From a phage: 64,000 nucleotides of DNA. Shown here piece after piece: positions 54,260 through 63,480 of the stretch (position 1 is its first letter; the number at the start of each line of letters is the position of its first letter). The DNA is taken from the sequence record PZ445527.1. One strand, given 5' to 3'. Made by a program: the position numbers and the translations under genes. The notes beneath the pieces were generated by a model that ran no database searches, had not been told where the DNA came from, and saw only the letters and a list, made by a program, of their open reading frames with translations.

Positions 54260-57049
54260 GTGTTTTCTATCCTCCAAGGTCACGCCGGGTTTTCTCGTGA
54301 TTTAGCAACAGGTATTTGGCGAGAAATCAAAGCGGAAGATTATACCTTTGCCAAGCGATTCTCGAAAGAGCATCCAGAAGGTAAACCAGCTTCTATGCCC
54401 TTCAAATTTGATGTAATAGAAGAGCACGACCCACAAAGCCTTGCAGAAATGTTACCACTTATGAGACGTTTAACGTCTGACCCTCATATCGTTGCGGTAC
54501 GAGGTCGATGTCTTGCACCTAAAAATAATGTGCGACGTAAGAAAGATAACTTTAATGTATCTAATCCTAGTAATATTATTGCTATGGACGTGGATGGTAT
54601 CCTAGATACCGGTGGGTACGACAAATTTAACCTTGTTGGTATGGCCCGCCACATTATTAAGATGTTGAATAGTATTAGTGAGGATATGTTTCCTCTTGAT
54701 GCAGGCTTTATAGCTCATGCATCGTCTTCGGCTGGGCTAAAACCAGGTATCCGAATGCACTTAATGCTAGAATCTAACGTCAAGGTAACTCAGGGTCAGC
54801 TAAAGTTCTTATTTACATCTATCAATGATAGTAGTAAGCAAAAATTTGGTTTTGATATTGCCGACCTAGCTTATTATTCATCTGTCCAGCTCCACTATTT
54901 TGCCAACCCCTTATTTAGCGATGGTATTGTTGATCCGTTTAAAGCGGAGAGTAAGCCACGTCTGGTGTATGTTAAAGGTTCGAAAGTAAATTTGCCCAAT
55001 AATCTGGTTGACTATGAAACAACTAGAGGGGAGTTTAAAGAGGAATTCTACTCTTTACTCGATCAAATTAAAGGCAAAAAGATTGCTTCCGATAAAGTAG
55101 AAGAAACCATTAGCGAGTTAGAAGAGGCTGATGATGGAGTGTACTTGCGTATTATCCCCAAACTATACCATAGAGCATTAGAGGATGGTGTTGATTTTGA
55201 ATGGCTAGAACGTGAGATTAAACCAGCTTTATCTGAATATATTGCAACTAAAGATAACAGCCGTAATATTCAAGATTACTTTAATAACGGTCGTAAGCAG
55301 GCTCTCAAAGCGTTTGTTAATAATTCTAAACGTGAGATTCCATTAAATCTGAAAGGTGTTCCACTTAAGAAATTAGAAGTGGATTCTCCACCAGAAGTTC
55401 CATACCTGAAGATTAACATTGTGCCCCCAAAAGGCCATATAACATTTGTTAAGGCAAGTCTTGGTACTGGTAAAACTACGGCAGTAACTAAATGGCTGGA
55501 CGCAGGTGTTCTTCCGGGCAACTTTTTAGCAGTTACAAATACTAGAGCACTGGTATCTTCAAATGCTAAGAAATTTAGTGCAGGACAATATGATAAGTCT
55601 GTAGATATGCTTAATTTTAAACGTGGAGCTATTGATCGTATGTCCACAACTATTCACTCTTTACATAAGTTCAAAAGTTTTATTGGGCAAATAGACACCA
55701 TTTTTATTGATGAATGTGACGCTGTAATGAATGACCTATTATTCGCCCCAGTTGTTAAGCAACGTCGCGAGTGTATTCAAGTTCTACGTGACATCCTCAT
55801 GACAGCTAAGACTGTAATCTTATCCGATGGTGATATTAGTGCGGAAACAATTGAAGCATATGGTTCTTTGATTGAGTTCGATAAACCAGTTGCATTCTAT
55901 AATCATCACCGTAAGATGCTGTCAAAAGCTCATGCTTATGAGTTCCCTGATGAATCTAGTATTTGGGTTGCACTTCAGACCTCTCTAGAGATGGGTGAGA
56001 AATCTATTCTGGTATCTGATTGTGGGCCGGATGAACTGAATGAGAAGGGCATGGCGTTGCGTCGTAATACGGGTGCGTTAGTTAAGGAAATCCACTCAAA
56101 CTCTACGTCTGATGTAGATATTCGACGTATTCTGGATTACACAACTAATGAGTTAATTGACCAACAAATTGATTGCTTATTATGTAGTCCATCCGTAACG
56201 AGTGGTGTTGACTTCAACTATTTTGATAACGTATTCGTTATTACTAGAACCTCAAACCAAGCGCCAAACATGCGTTTTCAAGCAATCAGGCGCGACCGTG
56301 GTGCTCAGAATATCTATTATTTTATTGATAAATCCACTAGTGGGTTCTCTGCAGGTTCTGAACAATATAATATTGATGAAGGTTGGCTGGAGTTAGCACA
56401 GCAATTATACGCACGTCGCAGAGAGCTGGAATCTAGGAACTATACTAGTACTTTACGTTATTATTTGCTTGATCAGGGTGCAACTATTGATATTTTCAGC
56501 GAAAGCTGGGGAACTATTGAAGGTGCTGGTAAAGAGTACACAGAAGAGCGAATCAAAGCTATTCTGCACTCAACTCCTGATTATTGTGCTCCACGTCATG
56601 CGGATGCGTATGAAGCTAAACTACTTCTTGTCCGCTATTATCATCTTGAGTCTATTAAAGATGTAACAGTTGAGCATGTTGAACAATATATCAAAGATAA
56701 GCCGAATGATCGAGCTGCATTCTTCCATAAGATGCACGAGATGTTCTGGGAAGATATTAAGAAGTGTTCAAATGTGACCATTAAACCATTCATAGAAGCT
56801 CTGAAGGGTAAGAAGAAGGACTTCTTCCTTAAAACAGGTCAGAGTGCTAACCCAAAATATGCTAGAATGTATCTTGGTATGATGGGTATTGGTAAGGATA
56901 TGAACACTGAAAATATTGTAGACTGGTACAGAACCTATTGTAAAATCGAGTGTATGCCAATTCCTTTCAAATTCATGACAGAGGAAGAGAAGGCTATGGC
57001 AGAAGAAGTAATGTCAGAGCTAGGTGCTAGAAATGACAGTGAAGAATAA
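54260..57049 (+). CDS. Walker A/B NTPase, helicase-like; possible replication origin-binding protein 929 aa
   Basis: Walker A (VKASLGTGKTTAV), Walker B (IFIDECDAV); GTG start with ACAGGAG SD. Confidence 0.65.
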   Translation: MFSILQGHAGFSRDLATGIWREIKAEDYTFAKRFSKEHPEGKPASMPFKFDVIEEHDPQSLAEMLPLMRRLTSDPHIVAVRGRCLAPKNNVRRKKDNFNVSNPSNIIAMDVDGILDTGGYDKFNLVGMARHIIKMLNSISEDMFPLDAGFIAHASSSAGLKPGIRMHLMLESNVKVTQGQLKFLFTSINDSSKQKFGFDIADLAYYSSVQLHYFANPLFSDGIVDPFKAESKPRLVYVKGSKVNLPNNLVDYETTRGEFKEEFYSLLDQIKGKKIASDKVEETISELEEADDGVYLRIIPKLYHRALEDGVDFEWLEREIKPALSEYIATKDNSRNIQDYFNNGRKQALKAFVNNSKREIPLNLKGVPLKKLEVDSPPEVPYLKINIVPPKGHITFVKASLGTGKTTAVTKWLDAGVLPGNFLAVTNTRALVSSNAKKFSAGQYDKSVDMLNFKRGAIDRMSTTIHSLHKFKSFIGQIDTIFIDECDAVMNDLLFAPVVKQRRECIQVLRDILMTAKTVILSDGDISAETIEAYGSLIEFDKPVAFYNHHRKMLSKAHAYEFPDESSIWVALQTSLEMGEKSILVSDCGPDELNEKGMALRRNTGALVKEIHSNSTSDVDIRRILDYTTNELIDQQIDCLLCSPSVTSGVDFNYFDNVFVITRTSNQAPNMRFQAIRRDRGAQNIYYFIDKSTSGFSAGSEQYNIDEGWLELAQQLYARRRELESRNYTSTLRYYLLDQGATIDIFSESWGTIEGAGKEYTEERIKAILHSTPDYCAPRHADAYEAKLLLVRYYHLESIKDVTVEHVEQYIKDKPNDRAAFFHKMHEMFWEDIKKCSNVTIKPFIEALKGKKKDFFLKTGQSANPKYARMYLGMMGIGKDMNTENIVDWYRTYCKIECMPIPFKFMTEEEKAMAEEVMSELGARNDSEE

Positions 57050-57266
57050 AAAATGGGAAACAAGGAAGCTTCCAGTAAAAGAACGTAAAGTTCCTGTTTA
57101 TGATACTTCGGAAAAGCTATGTAGGGTGGTTCCTGCTAGACTAGCTGGCATCCCTAACATATCCGAGTGGTTACTTAAACAACGGAGGACTAACGTATCT
57201 CTTCGCATAGGGTTTGAGTTAGATAAAGTATATGCTGAACTTTCTTCTTTGCTCAAGGAACAATAA
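57033..57266 (+). CDS. small hypothetical protein (start uncertain)
   Basis: ORF track 57024..57266; overlaps end of helicase gene. Confidence 0.3.
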   Translation: MTVKNKKWETRKLPVKERKVPVYDTSEKLCRVVPARLAGIPNISEWLLKQRRTNVSLRIGFELDKVYAELSSLLKEQ

Positions 57267-57838
57267 TGTTTATAAGAATTCCTAAATTTCCTGACTATGC
57301 AGTGAATGAAAATGGAGAGGTGTATTCTTTTCTCTCCTACAAGTTTCTTACTCCAGGTCAAAATACTGCTGGGTACTTACAAGTTAATTTAATGAAGGAC
57401 GGTCCCCCTATAAATATGAGGGTGCATAGGTTAGTAGCCTATTGTTTTGGACTACTTCCTGGGTTAGAATCAGAATTGGTAGTAGACCATATAAATGATG
57501 ATAAGTTAGATCCTAGACTATCTAACTTGCAGGTATTAACCTACAGAGCTAATGCAATAAAATTTCATAATAAAAATTGGAGAGAACATCCAGATTTCCT
57601 AGTAGAAATTAAGAAATTAGAAAGTATGGGCATAACTAAAGCAGCTGCATCCTATAGGCGCAAGGCTATGCTTAAATACATTGTGGCTGTTCCCTCTAGT
57701 GATACTCTAACCTTAGAATTAATAGAATCTACATATCAGAAAACCAATTCTTGGAGAAAAACTGCTAGAGTGCTTGGATTTAAAAGCGCCCCAGCTATTC
57801 TTTATAGATATAACAAGCTGAAAGCAGCTTCTTTATAA
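57266..57838 (+). CDS. HNH homing endonuclease 190 aa
   Basis: NUMOD4-like N-terminus (IPKFPDYAVNENGEVYS) and HNH core (VVDHINDDKLDPRLSNLQVL). Confidence 0.7.
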   Translation: MFIRIPKFPDYAVNENGEVYSFLSYKFLTPGQNTAGYLQVNLMKDGPPINMRVHRLVAYCFGLLPGLESELVVDHINDDKLDPRLSNLQVLTYRANAIKFHNKNWREHPDFLVEIKKLESMGITKAAASYRRKAMLKYIVAVPSSDTLTLELIESTYQKTNSWRKTARVLGFKSAPAILYRYNKLKAASL

Positions 57839-57844
57839 ATTTAT

Positions 57845-57873
57845 TTGCATAGTTCAAAAAATTTCTGTATAAT
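57845..57873 (+). promoter_or_regulatory. sigma70 promoter nearly identical to T5 PN25 (TTGCAT-17-TATAAT)
   Basis: tttctgtataatagattcataaatttgagagaggagtt matches the T5 PN25 promoter/leader as remembered. Confidence 0.8.
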
Positions 57874-57904
57874 AGATTCATAAATTTGAGAGAGGAGTTT
57901 AAAT

Positions 57905-58609
57905 ATGGCCGGTTCTCGCAGAAAGAAACATATCCATGAAATCCCGGATGAAGTCTTTAAAAAAGTTATAGAGCATCTGGAGAACGGTGGTACTAAGAAA
58001 GCAGCATGTGAAATGCTCGGCGTATCATCCAATCCGACTATGGAAAGGATGATAGAAGAGTGGCAAGATCGCCAAATTCAAGTTGCCGAGATGAAGAAAA
58101 AGAAACGTGGTACACTCATTGAAGGTATTGAGTTGGCCAACGTTATTGAACAGTATCTATCTGGTGATTCTTTTGAAGAGATTGCCGATCGTAATTACCG
58201 CTCTGTAGCAATGGTTAAATCCGTTCTGGAACGCTATGGTGCTCTGCTTCGTTTGAACGATATTGTAGATCCATTGAATCCACCAATTATTCCTGATGAT
58301 GCTGTAGCAGAAGAATTTGAGGTAGGTGAGCTTGTTTGGGTTCCTGGATACCAGTGTATCGGTGAAATCAAAAAAGCAATGGATAACCCTGTTGGTTGTT
58401 ACCGTGTATGGCTTCTATCAGAAGGCAAACAACAGAACGTTCATTATATGAATTATGAATTAGCTTCTGTAAAGCATTTGGAAAAGCTAGGGGTAGACGT
58501 AAAATCTCTGGGGTATAAATGGTCCCGGGAAGAAGTTATCACACTGATTAACGAAGCTGTTAAGGCCGCCTTGAAACTTGATAAAGAAAAAGGAAAACGC
58601 CGTGAGTAG
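57905..58609 (+). CDS. hypothetical protein 234 aa with N-terminal HTH-like segment
   Basis: ORF track; downstream of PN25-like promoter with strong SD. Confidence 0.65.
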   Translation: MAGSRRKKHIHEIPDEVFKKVIEHLENGGTKKAACEMLGVSSNPTMERMIEEWQDRQIQVAEMKKKKRGTLIEGIELANVIEQYLSGDSFEEIADRNYRSVAMVKSVLERYGALLRLNDIVDPLNPPIIPDDAVAEEFEVGELVWVPGYQCIGEIKKAMDNPVGCYRVWLLSEGKQQNVHYMNYELASVKHLEKLGVDVKSLGYKWSREEVITLINEAVKAALKLDKEKGKRRE

Positions 58610-58838
58610 ACTAACTGATTTACTTAAAGATGGAGATGTAAAATATCTCCAACGGGATAGCTGGGAAAATAATAAAGAGTATACTGTACTATTGAAGTTT
58701 GACGTAGACAGTAATACTGTACGCCAATACGTGTGGATGCCTTCAGACACTACTCTGCTGCCTAGTGATGAAGAGGTTGAATTAACACTAGATGAAGCTC
58801 TAGCGGATGATTGGGAGATTGTTGAGCTAGATGTGTAG
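58602..58838 (+). CDS. hypothetical acidic protein (about 78 aa, GTG start)
   Basis: ORF track 58578..58838; GTG 58602 with AAGGA SD. Confidence 0.45.
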   Translation: MSRLTDLLKDGDVKYLQRDSWENNKEYTVLLKFDVDSNTVRQYVWMPSDTTLLPSDEEVELTLDEALADDWEIVELDV

Positions 58839-58858
58839 CAATTACCGAAAAATTTCAG

Positions 58859-58887
58859 TTGCTTAATCCTACAATTCTTGATATAAT
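58859..58887 (+). promoter_or_regulatory. sigma70 promoter (TTGCTT-17-TATAAT)
   Basis: Consensus. Confidence 0.7.
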
Positions 58888-58944
58888 ATTCTCATAGTTT
58901 GAAAGAACTATTCTGTTTAATTCTTAATTAAGGAAATATAAAAT

Positions 58945-59355
58945 ATGACTACTCCAACTCAGTGGACTGATGAACTGTTCGAAAAAATGTCTTCCGAATA
59001 TGTTGCTCGTATGGAGCAATTCCCAGAGGATGAACGTCCGAGTGTTAGCATGGAAATTGTTAGCGAAATTGCCCAGGAAAATGGTGTAACTCCGAACGGT
59101 TTTCGTATGAAGCTGACTAAAGCAGGTTTGTATATCAAGAAAGCTGCTGGTTCTACTTCTAAATCTAGCGCATCTACTGGAGAAAAAGCTTCCGGTGGTT
59201 CTCGTACCTCCAAAGCCCAGGCCCATGCCGACCTTCGTTCAGCATTCTCTGACGCTGGCTTAGCACCAGATTTTCTGGATGACGCAATTATCGACAAACT
59301 GACCGGTAAAGCGGCCGCTCATCTGGCAGAAGCAATCCGAGCTATCACTAAGTAA
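58945..59355 (+). CDS. hypothetical protein 136 aa
   Basis: ORF track; strong SD AAGGAAAT; codon usage like the D5-like gene. Confidence 0.6.
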   Translation: MTTPTQWTDELFEKMSSEYVARMEQFPEDERPSVSMEIVSEIAQENGVTPNGFRMKLTKAGLYIKKAAGSTSKSSASTGEKASGGSRTSKAQAHADLRSAFSDAGLAPDFLDDAIIDKLTGKAAAHLAEAIRAITK

Positions 59356-59369
59356 TAGGGAGATTATAC

Positions 59370-59657
59370 ATGAACAAACAAGAAATTATCTCCGCATGTG
59401 AAGCCTATAATGAATTCTATCTCCATTATGAGAAACTACGCCAAAAAGGTACTACGTATCTTCAGGGTACTATGGATTTTTCTGATAAGTACCTAAGTAA
59501 ACGTTTTGCCCAGGAGCGTATCCGTCAACCAAAAGATGACGAAATTCTAGTGTTTAGTCGCACTAATGACAGCTTCCGTTTTATTCCTGTAGCGAAAGTT
59601 CGTCGTGTGACTAGCCTCCAATCAGAGTTAGATCGTGCTTCTCCAGTAGGCCGATAA
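59370..59657 (+). CDS. hypothetical protein 95 aa
   Basis: ORF track. Confidence 0.55.
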   Translation: MNKQEIISACEAYNEFYLHYEKLRQKGTTYLQGTMDFSDKYLSKRFAQERIRQPKDDEILVFSRTNDSFRFIPVAKVRRVTSLQSELDRASPVGR

Positions 59658-59667
59658 GAAAACAATT

Positions 59668-59690
59668 AGCCCCTATATGGGGCTTTTTGT
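59668..59690 (+). terminator. rho-independent terminator (agcccc-tatat-ggggct-TTTTT)
   Basis: Perfect 6-bp stem and T5 tract. Confidence 0.7.
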
Positions 59691-59707
59691 GTATTTGGGA
59701 TATGTAA

Positions 59708-60016
59708 ATGAGCGAACAGGTAAATCAAAACTATGAGGGACACGTTGATGACCAGTCCATCATACTTTGGGAGAAGGAGGGGGAACAAGTAAGATTAACA
59801 GTATCTGAATTTCGTGGGAATCTATACATGGGTATTCGTTACTGGCTTCTTGATATTAATGATGAGTGGTTTCCAACGAAATCTGGCTTCTCTTTTCCTT
59901 ACACCCTAGAAACAACATCACAGCTTTTCTATGCGTTTACACAGATTCTTAGCGAATCTGAGGTTTTACATGAAGTACAGAAACGAGCTGAAGAACTCAA
60001 AGCCAAGAATGCCTAG
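59708..60016 (+). CDS. hypothetical protein 102 aa
   Basis: ORF track. Confidence 0.55.
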   Translation: MSEQVNQNYEGHVDDQSIILWEKEGEQVRLTVSEFRGNLYMGIRYWLLDINDEWFPTKSGFSFPYTLETTSQLFYAFTQILSESEVLHEVQKRAEELKAKNA

Positions 60017-60030
60017 TTCTTGGCTTTTTC
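60002..60030 (+). terminator. rho-independent terminator (gccaagaa...ttcttggc-TTTTT)
   Basis: 8-bp stem overlapping stop codon, then T5 tract. Confidence 0.65.
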
Positions 60031-60043
60031 TTTATAAATGTAT

Positions 60044-60072
60044 TTGCTTTCAACTCAGTTTTGTTATATAAT
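60044..60072 (+). promoter_or_regulatory. sigma70 promoter (TTGCTT-17-TATAAT) for ligase
   Basis: Consensus. Confidence 0.7.
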
Positions 60073-60103
60073 ATTTATATAAATTAATGAGAGATATAAA
60101 TAA

Positions 60104-61075
60104 ATGACTAATGTAAAAGAATTTATTAAACGCTGTCAAGAAGCATATTATCAAGGCATGTCTTTAATCTCTGATGAAGAATATGATCGTCTGGTAAAAC
60201 GCTTCCCGTTAGAGGAAGAGATCGGGCCTAAGGGTGATATTCCACACCTATATCGTATGTATTCTTTACAGAAAGTTTATTATAATCGTGGGGATAAACC
60301 ACCATTCAATCCTTTAGGTCAGGTGGAAACCGATAAGTTAGATGGTTGTGCAATTTCTCTGCTATATATTAACGGTGAATTTGTTCAAGCATTAACCCGT
60401 GGTAACGGTATTCTGGGGAATGATGTCACAAGCAACGTAAGATTGCTGAACATCCCTAAAAAGATTTCCCAAAAAGTACCTACCCAAATCACTGGTGAAG
60501 TTCTAATTACAAAGGAAGTAGAAAATAAACGTAACTTTGCCTCTGGTGCTATTAACCTCAAAGATAGCAATGATTTTGTACAACGCATTGGAGAAGGCGG
60601 TTTAATTTTTGTTGCTTATGGTATCCAATGTTCTGCTGAATCTGTAGGTATTACAGAAGCATACTTAAAAGATATGCTTTGGCTAGAGAATGAGAACTTC
60701 TTAACAGTTGTTAATGTACGTTCCTTCTTTAAATGGATTCCAACCGACGGTAAAGTTGTTCGTATTAATGATAATAATAAATTCTTCCGCGAAGGGTGGA
60801 CTAATAAATTCCCTCGTGGAGCATTCGCTATTAAAGAGGATGAAGAAGGCGAGATTACAACTCTTACTAAAGTTGAATGGGCGACAGGAGCGTCTGGTAA
60901 AGTAACTCCAGTTGGTTATTTCGAACCGGTAATTATTGATGATGCAGTTATTACAAAAGCCACCCTTAATAATGTAGATTATATTAAATCACTAGATTTA
61001 GAGATCGGATGTCAGATTAGAGTAGTACGTGCAGGCGGTGTGATACCAAAGATTGTGGAAAGAGTTTATGAATAG
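60104..61075 (+). CDS. NAD-dependent DNA ligase, N-terminal part (adenylation + OB-fold) 323 aa
   Basis: Adenylation motif KLDG (ETDKLDGCAISL) and LigA-like blocks; ends before the Zn-finger/HhH/BRCT region. Confidence 0.8.
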   Translation: MTNVKEFIKRCQEAYYQGMSLISDEEYDRLVKRFPLEEEIGPKGDIPHLYRMYSLQKVYYNRGDKPPFNPLGQVETDKLDGCAISLLYINGEFVQALTRGNGILGNDVTSNVRLLNIPKKISQKVPTQITGEVLITKEVENKRNFASGAINLKDSNDFVQRIGEGGLIFVAYGIQCSAESVGITEAYLKDMLWLENENFLTVVNVRSFFKWIPTDGKVVRINDNNKFFREGWTNKFPRGAFAIKEDEEGEITTLTKVEWATGASGKVTPVGYFEPVIIDDAVITKATLNNVDYIKSLDLEIGCQIRVVRAGGVIPKIVERVYE

Positions 61076-61709
61076 CGGAGTTTATCCACTGATAGTAAAA
61101 GGATATAAATATGTTGGCTATTCCAGAAATATTGATAGAAGGTTTAAGGAGCATACATATACTTATGTTACTAATCTAGGTCATATAGACTCCCATATCC
61201 CGAGAAACTTACTAGGTGTACAGGTACAGAAGTCAGATATAAGCATAGAAATTCTAGAGTATATTTCTCCGGAAGAGAGTACTGATGTATTTTTAAGGGC
61301 AGAAGATTTGTGGATACAGAGGATTTGTCCAGAGCTAAATACAAACGTTCCTTTATCTAACTTAGTCGAAGCAGTAGAATATTGTATTTCAAACCCATCT
61401 GAAACGTATAAATCAGCGGCCTCAAAGTTCAACATTACACCTAAAATGTTAGAGCATGTTGCCTCTGGAGGATATAACTCCTTAGGATGCATTTTATCAA
61501 GAAGTACTTTAGAACTATTTCGTAGTAAGAAATATAAAGAACTAATATTAGTACACGAAAATGGGGCTAGGTTTGTAGCGACGTCTTACCTTGAATTACA
61601 TAGATTATCTGGGCTAGATAGGCATAGAATATCTGACCTACATAAAGGCAAGTACCCCACCTTTAAAGGGTGGACCCTTTTAACCCCATCTACCATATCG
61701 GAATTATAA
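61068..61709 (+). CDS. GIY-YIG homing endonuclease inserted between the two ligase ORFs
   Basis: GIY-YIG motif near N-terminus (GVYPLIVKGYKYVGYSRNIDRRFKEH); ATG 61068 overlaps ligase stop. Confidence 0.7.
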   Translation: MNSGVYPLIVKGYKYVGYSRNIDRRFKEHTYTYVTNLGHIDSHIPRNLLGVQVQKSDISIEILEYISPEESTDVFLRAEDLWIQRICPELNTNVPLSNLVEAVEYCISNPSETYKSAASKFNITPKMLEHVASGGYNSLGCILSRSTLELFRSKKYKELILVHENGARFVATSYLELHRLSGLDRHRISDLHKGKYPTFKGWTLLTPSTISEL

Positions 61710-61810
61710 AGTGGTTATTGACATTTTCGCCGCTTAGGTATATACTATTATCATTCAGTTGAGGGATAGAAAGTTATGGCGAGGGTAAGCAAAGTTAATT
61801 AAAATTGTAG

Positions 61811-61839
61811 TTGCTAAATGCTTAAATACTTGCTATAAT
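61811..61839 (+). promoter_or_regulatory. sigma70 promoter (TTGCTA-17-TATAAT)
   Basis: Consensus upstream of second ligase ORF. Confidence 0.65.
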
Positions 61840-61869
61840 ATTTATATAAATTGATAAGGAAGAAATTTG

Positions 61870-62637
61870 ATGAAAATCGAAATTCCAACACAATGTCCCT
61901 CTTGTGGTTCTAAGCTAGATCTTGTCAACGGACAATTATTCTGTCGTAATAAGTCCAACTGTCCAGCGCAATCAAGTAAGTTAATTGAGAACTTCTGTAC
62001 AAAAATGAAGTTAAAGGGCTTTGGCCCAAAAACTATTGAGAAGCTGGAGCTGACGAAGATTTCAGAACTATTTTACCTAACCGAAGAAGATTTGGTTAGA
62101 GCCGTGGGTAGCAAGGTTGCCGCTAAGTTAATTAGCGAATTAAATACTAAAGTTCGCGGAGACATTGACTTTGGTTCAGTTCTCGGTTCTTTAGGAATCC
62201 CTCTGATTGGAGAGGTTGCAGCAAAGAAATTATCCCAAAATTGCACTAGCTTCCACGATGTGAAGGCTGACGGCAAGGCTGGAGAAAACTATAAAGCCTG
62301 GCTAAATTCCCCACAAGGCAAGGATGTAATCGAATTACCGTGGAAATTCTCAAAGGGTGTTAAAGCTGACATCATTACTGATGGTCTAGTAGCTCAACCA
62401 AATGGAATCGCGGTATGTATTACCGGATCTTTGCAAGATTTTGCAAATAGAACGGATGCAACAAACTATTTAGAAAGTCTAGGGTATACGGTTAAGAAAT
62501 CCGTTACTAAAGACGTCAAATACCTAATCTGTGAGGATGAATCAAAACGTTCTTCCTCATCTTATAAGAAAGCCGAAACGAATGGGATAGAAATCCTGTC
62601 GATTAAAGAACTATTGGAGAAAAATAATAATGTCTAA
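61870..62637 (+). CDS. NAD-dependent DNA ligase, C-terminal part (Zn-finger, HhH, BRCT-like) 255 aa
   Basis: Cys4 zinc finger (CPSCGSKL...CRNKSNCPAQ) then HhH- and BRCT-like segments. Confidence 0.8.
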   Translation: MKIEIPTQCPSCGSKLDLVNGQLFCRNKSNCPAQSSKLIENFCTKMKLKGFGPKTIEKLELTKISELFYLTEEDLVRAVGSKVAAKLISELNTKVRGDIDFGSVLGSLGIPLIGEVAAKKLSQNCTSFHDVKADGKAGENYKAWLNSPQGKDVIELPWKFSKGVKADIITDGLVAQPNGIAVCITGSLQDFANRTDATNYLESLGYTVKKSVTKDVKYLICEDESKRSSSSYKKAETNGIEILSIKELLEKNNNV

Positions 62638-63397
62638 ACTGAACTGGAACGTAGAAGGTGTAACCGAGTCTCTGAAAGCAAAAGCCACTGCTCTGGGTGT
62701 TGCTGTAATCTCTCAAGAACAAGTAGCTGCTATCGCTGCTGAACTGGCCGCTGAAACTGGTAAAGATGTTACCGCTCGCTCTGTTGGCTCTAAACTGCGT
62801 AAAGAAGGTTTTGAAGTACAAAAAGCTAACGAAGTACAGAAATCCCCGTGGACTCCTGAGCAGGAAGCTGAACTGGTTGATTTCCTGAACGCTCATGCTG
62901 GTCAGTATACCTATGCTGAAATCGCTGCTGCTGTAGCTGGTGGTCAGTTCGGTGCTAAGCAGGTACAGGGTAAGATTCTGAGTCTGGAAATGACCGCTTC
63001 TGTTAAACCAACCGAAAAAGCTGCTGCTGTTCGTTCCTTCACTCCGGATGAAGAAACTGATTTTGTTAATCAGGTTGTTGCTGGTGCTACTATTGAAGCT
63101 ATCGCTGCTCACTTCGGTCGTAATATCAAGCAGATCCGTGGTAAAGCTCTGAGCCTGCTTCGTGAAGGTCGTATCGCTGCTATGCCGGTACAGGAAACCT
63201 CAAGTGCTAAAACTCGTGAAGATCTGTTAGAAGGTCTGGATCTGGTTAACATGACTGTTGCTGAGATCGCTGAGAAAACTGGTAAGTCTGAGCGTGGTGT
63301 TAAATCTATGCTGTCTCGTCGTGGTCTGGTTGCTAAGGACTATGATGGTGCCGCTAAGCGTGCTAAACTGGATGCAAAAGCTGCGGCTGCTGAATAA
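62630..63397 (+). CDS. abundant DNA-binding-like protein with four internal repeats (possible T5 D5 analogue) 255 aa
   Basis: Four repeats of a motif ([KR]..G.....L.[KR].G), biased high-expression codons; size matches the 29-kDa T5 D5 protein as remembered. Confidence 0.5.
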   Translation: MSKLNWNVEGVTESLKAKATALGVAVISQEQVAAIAAELAAETGKDVTARSVGSKLRKEGFEVQKANEVQKSPWTPEQEAELVDFLNAHAGQYTYAEIAAAVAGGQFGAKQVQGKILSLEMTASVKPTEKAAAVRSFTPDEETDFVNQVVAGATIEAIAAHFGRNIKQIRGKALSLLREGRIAAMPVQETSSAKTREDLLEGLDLVNMTVAEIAEKTGKSERGVKSMLSRRGLVAKDYDGAAKRAKLDAKAAAAE

Positions 63398-63414
63398 TCT
63401 GGTAAATTAAACCT

Positions 63415-63446
63415 AAGGGGTGGGGGCTATGCCTCTACCCCTTTTT
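63415..63446 (+). terminator. rho-independent terminator (aggggt...acccct-TTTT)
   Basis: Stem-loop plus T-tract right after stop. Confidence 0.65.
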
Positions 63447-63480
63447 GCATTTAGAAGGCACGAAAGCGTGCAAAGGAGAA

